Assembly (NCBI GenBank): GCA_976551045.1
Contig: CDPCPM010000256.1
Location: forward strand, 3,782,001 to 3,846,000
Direction: 5' to 3'
Origin: Glaucostegus cemiculus
Taxonomy: Eukaryota
Length of the DNA: 64,000 nucleotides
Shown here: positions 24,701-35,230 of the stretch, one piece after another
Position numbering within the stretch: position 1 is the stretch's first letter
Layout: each line of letters opens with the position of its first letter
Notes under the pieces: model-generated
Told to the model about the DNA's origin: nothing
Databases searched by the model: none
The model's input: the letters and a program-made list of their open reading frames with translations, nothing else
Program-made: the position numbers and the translations under genes

Positions 24701-27700
24701 TGGCAAGAGCCAGGAGGTAGATTATTTCTAAATCATGCCAACATGGCAGGGAAGTAGAGGATTTTTTTGAGCAAATTAGTATTACTTTTTAAATGATTTG
24801 GTTAATTGTTTTGCATTTTTCATCAAATACCATTGCATATTGGTTAGAGGTGATCCTTCTGTCTAGCTAACTGTTTTCAGTAGACTAAATGAGCCTGGTG
24901 AAAATGAGATTTAAAGAGCATCTTGCTGGATTTAGGATTTTATAAAATGGAGATCCATTGAGGATTGTGAATAATGAATGTATACTGAGTGGCTGGCTCA
25001 CAAAATAAAATAAAATCAGTGGTTGAGTTGCAGCCAAAACTGATGCACTAATTTGAAAATTAGTCTGGTGTTTAATAGGTGTCAACTAGTATTTTTTTTC
25101 TAATACTTTATTCTCTTAACAGTGTCAGGAAATATCCAATATGCTGTCCTTAACCAGATCTTTCTTTAAGGTGCCAAATGCACTAGCTGTGTTAAAATGT
25201 TTAACATTTATTATCAGTGGCCAATGTATGAAGTTAGTGATTTGAATCAGTCTTTTAGTTTTCAGCAAATAGCAAAACATGAAGTAAGTGACTATAAAGA
25301 GTTTTAGAAATATGAAAGACATTTTTTTTCCCTTGGTAAAGTCTGTGAAATCTTTGAAGCCTATTTGTTCTTTTGGAGAGTTAAACTTTGTAGGACTCCT
25401 TTACATTTTCATGAAGAGAATAATGAAGTGGCTTAAATTTCTGACACAACCCTTGACCTGTTTTAACTAAACTAGTGATGGCTGAATGGAGCTGTTTTTA
25501 AGATGAAACGTGACTCCAATTGCCCAAAATTGGTTCTCTTTTCCCTACCTCCCCTCCACCCTACAAAACCCACATTAAAAAAAAGACCAGTTCATTTGAC
25601 TATATAGTGGTTGTGAGAACAGGGGCGGGTGAAGAAGCACACGCTTTGAAAACCCAGTGCCTCATTGTTCACGTCTTTAGCTTAATGTGACTTACAATAT
25701 ACTGAAGCTAATGTGACATTAATTGTTGGTGGTGGAGGTTTCGGTTCATGATCTTGTGTGAATCTCTCCTCTCTCCAACAACCCCCACCCCCCACTCTTG
25801 TCCTCCTTTGGACAGACTGCAATTGAAATCCGACTGCATAACCAATGTTTCATGGGTCTTTTCAGGATCACTCTATCTCCCAGTCTCTAAAGTTGATGTC
25901 CGGCATTGCCTTTTCAGTGGCTCTGACCAGCTGAAAGAATCCTGAAAAGGCATCGAGGCAATAGAAACGTCAAGTGCTTTCTATGTTGGGTGAAGGCAGG
26001 AGCTGGAAGATAAATCGTTACTTCTCTTTGCCATATTACCATGATAAAAAAAAATTGATGGATAATTCTCCAGTGCTGGGCAGTGTCATTGCTGTCTTTT
26101 TAGTGATTTGATTAATTGCTTTACAATTTTCATCAAGTACCATTGCAGTCGGTTTCACATTGCATCCCTGTCAGGCGGAAGAATAGACTGACTGTTGAAC
26201 GTGTCTGTGACTGACCACCAAGCGTCTTGTGAGTGACCTCCCCCAGTGGGTGCATTAACCACCAAGGGCATCCCTTTCGAGACACTGGAGAGGGGGTGGG
26301 GGCGAGAAATTGAGTGAGTGAAGCAGCCAGAGCAAGCACACACAAGAGATGTAATTGATGTTAGGACATAAACATTAGATTTTAATCAGCGTGCAAGTTT
26401 GAAAAGGCTTTGAGCTCAGATTGTTCAATGAATAAAGCTGTGAAGGGAAGGCGTAAATTGGCTACATCTAGGAAGGCCATGCTTTAATTGATTTTGTAGG
26501 GGAATAGCCTTTTTTGTAAAAGTTCCTGGGCTTCCATATGTTTAACAGGTACTGTTCCTGGTTTCTAACAACATGACAAAAGGGGTACAATTTAAATGCA
26601 CTTTGCACTGTAACTGTTTGGGGGAGGGTAAGAATTCTTGGAGAGAAATCCTTGTCTTTAATGTGAATATCAATTTAGTAATTGTTAGCAGGCTTTTTTA
26701 AGCAGTTAAATTTTGTTGAGTATTTTGTGTTCCTCAGTTCAAAGTTACAGCTTAATTCTTTTTGTAGTAGAGAGTAAATGGAACACAAAATCCAAATTAA
26801 ACTCTGTACCTTAAGCCCTTTTGATTTGTTTAATTGCTGCGGTTGTAAGTGAATTGAATTCAATGCTTTGTATTGCTTAAGTGTCTCCAGCTTGTTTCAG
26901 TCTGCTAACAGTTTTCATATTCCAGTATTATCTTTCTGAATTTTGGAGTGTTGTCAAATTTGCAACCCACTGCATTAATAAAGTTAGCACCATTGTTCAT
27001 CTGGATTTTTGCTTGGCCTTTACAATTGTTGGTGTAAGTCAAATGTCCTGACCTGATTTTTGTCACAGGAATCGTTAACATGTTAGCTCGTTCTGGTCAC
27101 ATAAATTTGCTGTAGTGACGGCTGATCATTCTTTAATTGCTTATGATAAATACTGTCTTTGTTTAAAAATAATTCTCAGTATTTGCATTTTATTCCCATT
27201 ATGGTAGCAAGTTTGTTTTGTATCATGAATTTTGCAACATATGATGCATTTTTTTATGGCGATGTTTCCTCTAATTCTTGCTTTGGTGTTTAATGAGCAA
27301 TTTGGCTACTGGTTGTTTCCTTAAAGGGATATTGTTAGTCACCTCAAGTACCTTTTTAATTTCAGTTCCTTTTCCCCTCTGCCCCCTCCTCTACTCGGCA
27401 GAAAATAAAAGGAAAATTAACCTGAAATTTCAACAACGTGTGGGGAGGTAATAAAGATATGCAATAATATTCATACAAAAAGTAAAGAACACCCTAGTCT
27501 TTTTTAGTAAACTGCTGTGTGCAATTTAAGAGGAGGTTCTTGGGTTTTGGTCAGTTTAGAAATCTTGATGTTTTTAATTATTAAACAAAGGAAAGGCATT
27601 TGTTTTAATTAATAACTGTCATGATCAAGTGAAGATGCTCCAGTTTTCACCTGTATTTTTAAAAAATATTCTGGTTCACCCACTGATGAACGTAAAATGT

Positions 27701-27799
27701 TAGCAATGCCCATATCCAATGTATGAAGTTTAAAACAAAAGAAACTTCCCACCTATGGTGTGGTTTGAGTTCTGTGCTTTTTGAGAACAAAGAAAACAG

Positions 27800-28700
27800 C
27801 AGCAGGACATTTGGTCCTTTAGAATGCTCTGCACTGCCAAATAAGATTGGCTGATCACATTTCAGCACTTTGTATCCTTTGATACCCCTAATTTCCAAGA
27901 ATCTGTATTGAACGTGCGCAATAACTGAGCACCTCCACCCCTCCAAAGATTTGCCACTTGTAGAGAAATGAAATTTCTAATCTTATTCTTAATTAGCTCG
28001 ATACTTATTCTGAGACTGACCTTTGTTCAAGAGACCTCAGCAGTGGAAACTCTCTTCCAACATTAAAGCTGTCAAGTCCTGTTAAAATTTTGTTGGTTTA
28101 AAAAAAGATGCAAGCCTGGTTTATTCAATTTCTCCTCATGAGAAAATCACTTTATTCAATGGGCCTAGTCGCACTCTCCAGAGTAACTTTATCCTTCCTT
28201 TGGTAAGATTATGAAAACTTACAGTACTCCAAATGTGGTCTTGGCAAGGCCTTGCATGATTGCAGTAAAATTTCTTTTGTGATCTGATTCCTCTGTAAAG
28301 TATTTAACATTATTTGCTTTCCTAATTGCTTATTGTACCTATTTTATTATTTAACTCTACATGATTCCTGTACAATGAATCCCAGGTCCCTCTGAATACT
28401 TTCATTTCCCATTTTCACCATTTTAATAAAAACTTCTACTTTTCTATTTTCTCCGAGGCAGATAACTTTTCCAGGTTGCCACGTCTGCTAACTGCCACTT
28501 ACCTGTCCACATCTCTCTGCAGCTTCACTGTGTCATCCTTGAAGCTTATTTTTCCACCTGTCTTTATATTGCAGACAACTTTGGATATCCTGCACTTGCT
28601 CTCTTTTATTGAAATAGATTGCAAAGATCTTAGGCCTAGGCACTGATGCTTGTGGTACTCCACTTGTTACAGCCTCTTCTTGAATGACTCCCTTTACCAA
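27800..28700 (-). mobile_element. CR1-type LINE 3' fragment
   Basis: cagtactccaaatgtggtct is the reverse complement of RPHLEYC; CR1-like tail near 27810. Confidence 0.65.
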
Positions 28701-29179
28701 AAGCTGTTTGGACTTAGAAATCTAGTTTCTTAAGTTTACTTACCCTGTTAATTATACTTACAAAAAAGTTCTTTATGTCACACAATTTCCCTTTTCGTAC
28801 CACCACATGGTCATATTTTCTTACTGACCTATGGATATGTTGCTAATAATAGGTTTGAGGGTTCTTCCAATTGATAGTTTGTATATTGCGGTTTTTCTCC
28901 CTCCCACCTTAAATAATAGGGTTATGTTGCTATCGTAAACTGCAGAGACCATTCAAAAATCTAGAGAATTCTTGAAAAGTAAATGCAATACTATCATCTT
29001 TTGAAATATTTAAAAGAAAAATCCTAAATTCTTCAAGTTAAATCAGTAAACACTTTTTAGGAATTAACTTTCCTATCGAGGCTTTTCTCAAACGTTTACA
29101 ATATCTGGATCTAACTGTGAATATTGAAGTATTCTGCCGGTGCCTAAAAATACAGCTAATCCAGAGTATGAAAATAATC

Positions 29180-29360
29180 CAGAATTTAACTTAATTTTCG
29201 TGGTTTTACTGTTCTTTTTCAGTGTGTGTCTGTGTGTCTCTTCTGTTTAATATTTAATGTGACGTGCACCTGTGGAGGACGGTATCTCGCTCCTATTCAT
29301 ACTGTGTGTGTGTGTGTGTGTATATATGGTTGTGACAATAAAACTGATTCTGATTCTGAC
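29180..29360 (+). mobile_element. 3' tail of a Rex1/Babar-type LINE (same family as 44740)
   Basis: gcacctgtggaggacggtatctcgctccta...ggttgtgacaataaaactgattctgattctga closely matches 45541-45616. Confidence 0.85.
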
Positions 29361-29424
29361 TAGTTTTACGATTTTCAGAAAACAATCTGTTCAGACATGT
29401 TAACATTTCCATTTTATTCTACAG

Positions 29425-29588
29425 GTGGAGAGACCATCAAAAGCATTAACCAGCAAACGGGAGCACACGTAGAATTACAGAGAAACCCACCACCAAATTC
29501 TGATCCTAATATTCGAATATTCATCATTCGTGGAGCCCTACAACAAATCGAACATGCTAGACAATTAATAGAAGAAAAAATCAACGGG
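29425..29588 (+). CDS. FUBP3: FUBP3 exon 13 (164 nt): [57 protein letters not shown]4
   Basis: ttattctacag acceptor; ggg|gtgagc donor; phase 1 to 0. Confidence 0.97.
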
Positions 29589-30434
29589 GTGAGCTTTGTT
29601 CAGTTTCTCGTCTATCATCTAAATTGCATCCAGCCGTTTCATTGCACTTTAGATTGTTTAGAAACTGCATCAGTGTCTATCGATTCTTGTATGTTCTCTC
29701 TTCTGTTCCCTGTCACCTTGCTGCTGATACTCATTTGCACCCATCTTTGGCGCAGTGATTCCCAGAGTTCATAGAATGACCCCATTTGAAATTTACAGGT
29801 TCCATCTACATCAAAACCAGTCCCAATGTGCCATGAGTCTAAAGTCTTCCTTCCTCACCCTTGTATTCAGCTGCAGATTCATTTGCACCATCCCCTTATG
29901 TCCTGCATTTTAATTGTGTCCTTGCTGTAATTTGCGTGCAAGACCTAATCCTCCCCTCTACCAAATGGATTTGGTACGGATTATGGACCACAACATCTGG
30001 TAGTATGCACTCAGCTCTGATGTTCTGCATCCACTCAGTACCATTCTTGACTCTGACTTCGAGGCGGTAATATGCCATTGTGGAAGTGCATCTGTGGTCA
30101 CAGAAAAGTTCCTCTGTCCTAGTAACTGTTGACTCCCTTGTTACTATATCTTCCTACCCCACTGTACAGCTGAGTCATCTAAATTATGATGGGTGTGGCT
30201 CTGGCTGTAATCCCCTGAGGAATCTTTATCTTGAAGACCTATTGGACAGCATTTAGAGGGACCCCTGCACAATCTGCCTCGTCCTCCAGATCCAGTTGCT
30301 CATTCCCTCTGCCTGTAGGTGCTGCAATCTGCTTTCACATAACAACTTAGATGCACTGTCGATGATGTGAATTGGTGGAAGCTATTAAATAAATTCAGGC
30401 TCCTTACCCTTAAATGTTCTTTGTCCACTTTTAG

Positions 30435-30508
30435 GGTCCTGGTCCTGGTGGCCCTGGAGGATTTAACACGAACCCTTACAGTCAAGGACCACCCGGACAC
30501 CATCAAAA
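30435..30508 (+). CDS. FUBP3: FUBP3 exon 14 (74 nt): GPGPGGPGGFNTNPYSQGPPGHHQN
   Basis: cacttttag acceptor; aa|gtaaga donor; phase 0 to 2; G/P-rich low-complexity segment typical of the family. Confidence 0.92.
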
Positions 30509-31425
30509 GTAAGAATCGAATTTGTACTTTGCACTTGCATGGTTTGCATTACTCTAAGCAGAACTGATGGGCAGTTAATGTCTGTACTCTTGAGCTGACA
30601 AGCTTTTGCTTTGGAATGGAAGATGTTAGATCAGTTCCAGTGCTATTTGTGTACATCTGTCCAAAATACGAGGATTGATTTATTTCTTTGAGGGCTGTCT
30701 TAATATCTTTTCCTGGGGTTTTGAGTTCCATTTTTGGTCATACAAATGGATGCTCCTTACCTTACAAACTTCTGAGAGATCCTTGCCTGATATTGTGTTT
30801 GCACAAAAACAGCCCTTTGGGACATCTCGCATGGTAAGTCCAACTTGGTTAAGGTTCTAGTATCCAACTTAAAGCAGAGATTCCCAGACTTATTTGCTGA
30901 ATCACACTGAGTTTTGTTTTTGCATCCTGCTACATTTAAAAAATCTATTTACTTTGTGCCCCCCCTCTAACTTTCCAACTCCTAACCCCACTCTCCCTCC
31001 CCACCTTTAAGCCTACAACCTAATGCAATACTATTTGCTTGCACAGATGAATACTAACTGTCCTTCAGCTTTCGTCCTCCCTCCTCCATCACCCCCCTCC
31101 CCCCCCCCAAACAACACTCATGCAATTTTTTTTTCCTTTCCAAATCTGCATTGTGCATTAGACTTGCAATTTCTACATTTCCTCAAACTGCAGCATTGCC
31201 GAGTTTGGGTGTTCGTGCCAAGCCTGCCGTGGAAGGTTATCTGAATCCTGCATTGTCATCTGGAATTGACACCATAATTGTCCCCATTTTCATCTGTCAG
31301 TATTTGTTAACTCACCAGTTAAGTAGTAGATACCAGAACTAATGTACAAATTATATAATACTACAGAAGTGGATGCATATTTTAAATTTGTTTAGTTGAA
31401 TTTATTCTTTTTTCCCCAAACACAG

Positions 31426-31505
31426 TGGTCCTCCACAAGCCTTTATGACACAAGGATGGGGAAGTACATACCAACCCTGGCAGCAGCAAGGACAGCAGGA
31501 CCCAA
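31426..31505 (+). CDS. FUBP3: FUBP3 exon 15 (80 nt): GPPQAFMTQGWGSTYQPWQQQGQQDP
   Basis: cacag acceptor; a|gtgagt donor; phase 2 to 1; QGWGSTYQxWQQ motif. Confidence 0.95.
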
Positions 31506-32168
31506 GTGAGTATTTAGTTTGCTTTCAACAAATGTTTTTGTTCTGTTTTTCTTGTACATTGTGCTATTGATCGCGTACTTTTGGTTCCCATTTTTTGTTC
31601 ATGTGTTTCAGAGGCCTGATACAACAGGCTTTTCATCACCCTTGGAGTGTTTAAAAGGACATGCTGCATAGGCAGCTATAGAAATTCAGAAGGGTAATCA
31701 GTATTGTTATGTCCATCCTTTGTTGTACTGTAGTTCCTGTACCCACAAAACCCACTGTCTATTTTAGCTATTCATTTTAACGTGACTTAACTCTAGTTGG
31801 ATTCATTATGATTTAGTTACCAGTTTATTCTAATTCACCCATATTTTTACTTCATTTGGCAGCCTGCGACCTCTGCTTTAGCTGCAGCAAACATCAGACT
31901 ATTTAAAACAAACTTGCCAATTATAGGATAGTTTAAACATAATATTTAACTTGTTCCTGCAATCATATTGATGTTCTCAATATTTTCCCTTAGGTAGAAT
32001 ATTACAATAGTACAATTTCAGGTTTTTTTCCTAAGAACATATAATCCAAAGTTGCAATTTGACTTGCTCCAACAAACTCAACATTTGGTGAGAGGGAGGA
32101 CAAGAAAACATCTGACCTACTCTTCAGTCAGTAGTGTAACCTCGCACAATTTGGCAATTGGTTTTCAA

Positions 32169-32350
32169 TAACTCACTGATTAAACAGTAGATACCAGGAC
32201 TAATTGAAATTATATGAATGGAAATTAATGCACATTTCAAATTTATTTTGTTGTATTTATTCTTTTACTAGCATTGTTGTCCCCCACAAACCTTTTATGA
32301 CAGGGGTGAGAAAATGAATATCAATCCTCACAACACCATTGAGCAGATAA
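32169..32350 (+). pseudogene. Decayed tandem duplicate of FUBP3 exon 15 and its upstream intron (pseudo-exon)
   Basis: Colinear with 31308-31505: taactcac, agtagataccag, atgca.att..aaattt, tttattctttt, gtcc.ccacaa.cc.tttatgaca. Confidence 0.85.
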
Positions 32351-33514
32351 CTGAAAGTTAAATCACTACAGTTTTAGCATCATTATTTCACAGAAGGAGG
32401 CCAATTTCCTCTTAAGATTGCTCTTCTTGATGCTGGTTCAATCTCAATTTTAAGGGAATCTTAAGAGGGGGTAACAATAGTCTTCAACATTTTAAAAAGA
32501 AAGGTAGCTTTGTTTCTGGGACTCCTTTAATTTTTCTTTGCTCGGTAGTTTGACTCATTGTTTTCTCTAACTTTTAAACATCACCCCAGTGTGTTGATGT
32601 GCGAGTAGTAGCAGATTAAAGGGTGATGAAAAGCCTAAGTCAAAATGTTACAAACTTGAGTTTTGGATGAGTCTTGCAGATATTGAATCAACTGCGGTGC
32701 AGGATTAAGTCGTATTTTGATATGGATTCTTCAAAGGAATATGAAAGTATCTCTTCTGACCTGGCTGGGCTTGCTTTTTCCTTGTTAACTACTGTTCTGG
32801 AGTTGTATATAGAGCACCCCAAGCTGTTCTCAGTTTGCGTGCTTGGCTTGAAGTTTTCCATCCCCAAATTGATACCATTACAGAAGCAGTGAACTGCTCC
32901 TGCACACTTTTATCTAACCTCATTGAGGGTGGTTCTTCAGTAGAAGTTGTGTTATGTAATATCTTGGGTTGGACTCAGTGCAGTAGCTCTTACCACATGG
33001 CCTCTTGTGTATACTTTGGAAGTTATGGGTAGCCTTCGATGAGGCTTTACTCTTCTTCCTCCCCTCCCAAAACTATGCATTTACTTTTGACAAAGCTATT
33101 TGAAAGCCCAGTCACTTGATTCACTAATCATTTTATCCTGTTATCACTTTTTTATGCTTTTACTAAAGCATCTTGTGACTGGGTGGATGTATTGAGATGA
33201 TTAATATTGGCCTTGCTGGTGATCTTTCCTGTGAAGAAGAATTCAATAGGAAGAGGATCAAATCCAATATCACTGGAAACAACCACGAAGGCATTAACAG
33301 GGGAGGTACTTGGATTCTGATTCCTTTGGATACACTTGTGTTTTGCTTGGGGTGGGTGGGTTTGTGTTCAAGTGGTTCAAAGTTAGTCTTTTAAAACTTA
33401 GACATTGAAATCACGAGCAGTAATGCCACTGCATTATGAACTATTCCTACCACACAAATTAAAGCTATCAAACTTAGTCAGTGATAGTTACTGTGACACT
33501 GTGTGTGTGTCTAG

Positions 33515-33631
33515 GTAAAGCTGCACAGCATTTGGGTACAGCAGCCTGGTCAGCCTACATCTCCCAGTTTTACCAGCAGCCTAGCCAGCAACAACAAGCA
33601 ACAATGGGGCAGAACTCACAACAAAATTCAG
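33515..33631 (+). CDS. FUBP3: FUBP3 exon 16 (117 nt, symmetric cassette): SKAAQHLGTAAWSAYISQFYQQPSQQQQATMGQNSQQNS
   Basis: (TG)n-ctag acceptor; cag|gtgtgt donor; phase 1 to 1; open frame, Q-rich, degenerate AWxxYY motif. Confidence 0.8.
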
Positions 33632-33929
33632 GTGTGTATTTGTGAAGAGAAATATTGCAACAATGCGGGCAAATGCATTCCACTTTCTGCAGCCCAGCAC
33701 TTCACTTGCTACCTCTGCAATTCCAGAATCAACATTAATGCTCTCCTTTATCCTCAGTAATGGGGGAGGGGCACAGATGTGCTTTCTAAGACTTCTCTCA
33801 TTTGATTCTCATTTGATTCTAAGCAATATATCAAGCATTTGATCTTAAATTCTTCTGTCTGTTGGCTAAGGGTGCTGTGAGTAAAGGGTAGTCTCAAATA
33901 CATTTTAGTATATTGTACAAAACCCATAC

Positions 33930-34203
33930 TTTTCTCCCTCTCCCTTTCTCTCTCCCACCCTCTCCCTCCCTCTTTTGCTTTCTCTCTCCCTCCCTCTTTT
34001 GCTTTCTCTCTCCCTCCCTCCCTCCCTCTTTTGCTTTCTCTCTCCCTCCCTCCCTCCCTCTTTTGCTTTCTCTCTCCCACCCTCTCCCTCCCTCTTTTGC
34101 TTTCTCTCTCCCTCCCTCTTTTGCTTTCTCTCTCCCTCCCTCCCTCCCTCTTTTGCTTTCTCTCTCCCTCCCTCCCTCCCTCCCTCTTTTGCTTTCTCTT
34201 CCC
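33930..34203 (+). repeat. Polypyrimidine minisatellite: 8 copies of cttttgctttctct separated by (tccc)n, with a 122-bp higher-order duplication
   Basis: Counted directly; the cccacc variant recurs with its A at 33957 and 34079. Confidence 0.95.
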
Positions 34204-34899
34204 CAGCCCCTTAGCTGTCGTTATTTAGTCCTGTTGTATGAATTCCATTGATCAGGAAGTTTTCTGCACAATGTGCTAACTGCATTGAAGATGCTCCTGG
34301 ACAGCTGTATTTTCACAGTACTTTTGTTTTTAGACTTTTTTTGCTTTTACTATGTTCAAGTCAACAGTGAAACATCTCTTGGGTTGATGGCGTCGAAGAA
34401 TTCCTGGTATGGGAATTTGTCGTTTCAGTGTCATGGTTGGGAAGACTGTCTTCTGTGATTGGAGGTCAAATGGGTTGATGTATCAGAGTAAATGGAGTTT
34501 GTTCAGTATCTGAGGCTGAAGTGTCCCATCAAATGTCCCTTGTTGCAAAACAGGCTTGTGTAACATCCAGTTTCAGTCGGCAAGTTTTGTACAGTGCATT
34601 TCTATACTTAAAGAATCACCTGTAGTTAAGTCAAGACATTGGCAGATGGGAACCCATTTCTGGGCCAACATATGTAGGTGGAGTTTCTTAATATATTGCA
34701 AGAAAAACAATTGATTATTTATAACTTGATCCCAAATCAGATTTTTGGAAGTCACTAGAGATAATTGTGCCACTTTATCAAAACTTCTGTACTGTATGTT
34801 GCCCTTTATTGATTCCTATATACTTCTCTAGGGTATGTTGTTCTTTATAACTTCCAATTTCCTGTTTGTACTTAGTCGTTCATGATGGCTGCTTATTAA

Positions 34900-35230
34900 C
34901 CAGAAAGGAAGATGCCTCAAAATAAAAACAGCATCTGTAGAGAGAGAACCAGAGTTAATGTTTCAGGTCAATAATTTTCCATAAGAACCAAGAAATGGTG
35001 GAAATCCAAAGATTTTTTTAGCGGCAGAGAAGGGGGAGTAGTGGAGAGAACAAAAAGAATGTCAGTGATCAGACCAGACCCAATAGAGACTGACCAACAC
35101 AAATAACACTGATGCTGGTTGAGAAAGGTAGTTAAATCTTCTGGAAAGGCTGGTTATTGAATTCAGTGCCTATTCAGAAGGTGAGTTGCTGTTCCCTGAA
35201 CAGTGTCAGGCTTTGTTGGAACAGTTTTGG
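34900..35230. mobile_element. Penelope-associated repeat remnant
   Basis: cagcatctgtagagagagaaccagagttaatgtttcaggtc matches the family at 5400 and 46345. Confidence 0.5.

Noticed and set aside
33754-34251. ORFs of 65-112 aa on both strands
   Set aside because: They are translations of the pyrimidine minisatellite
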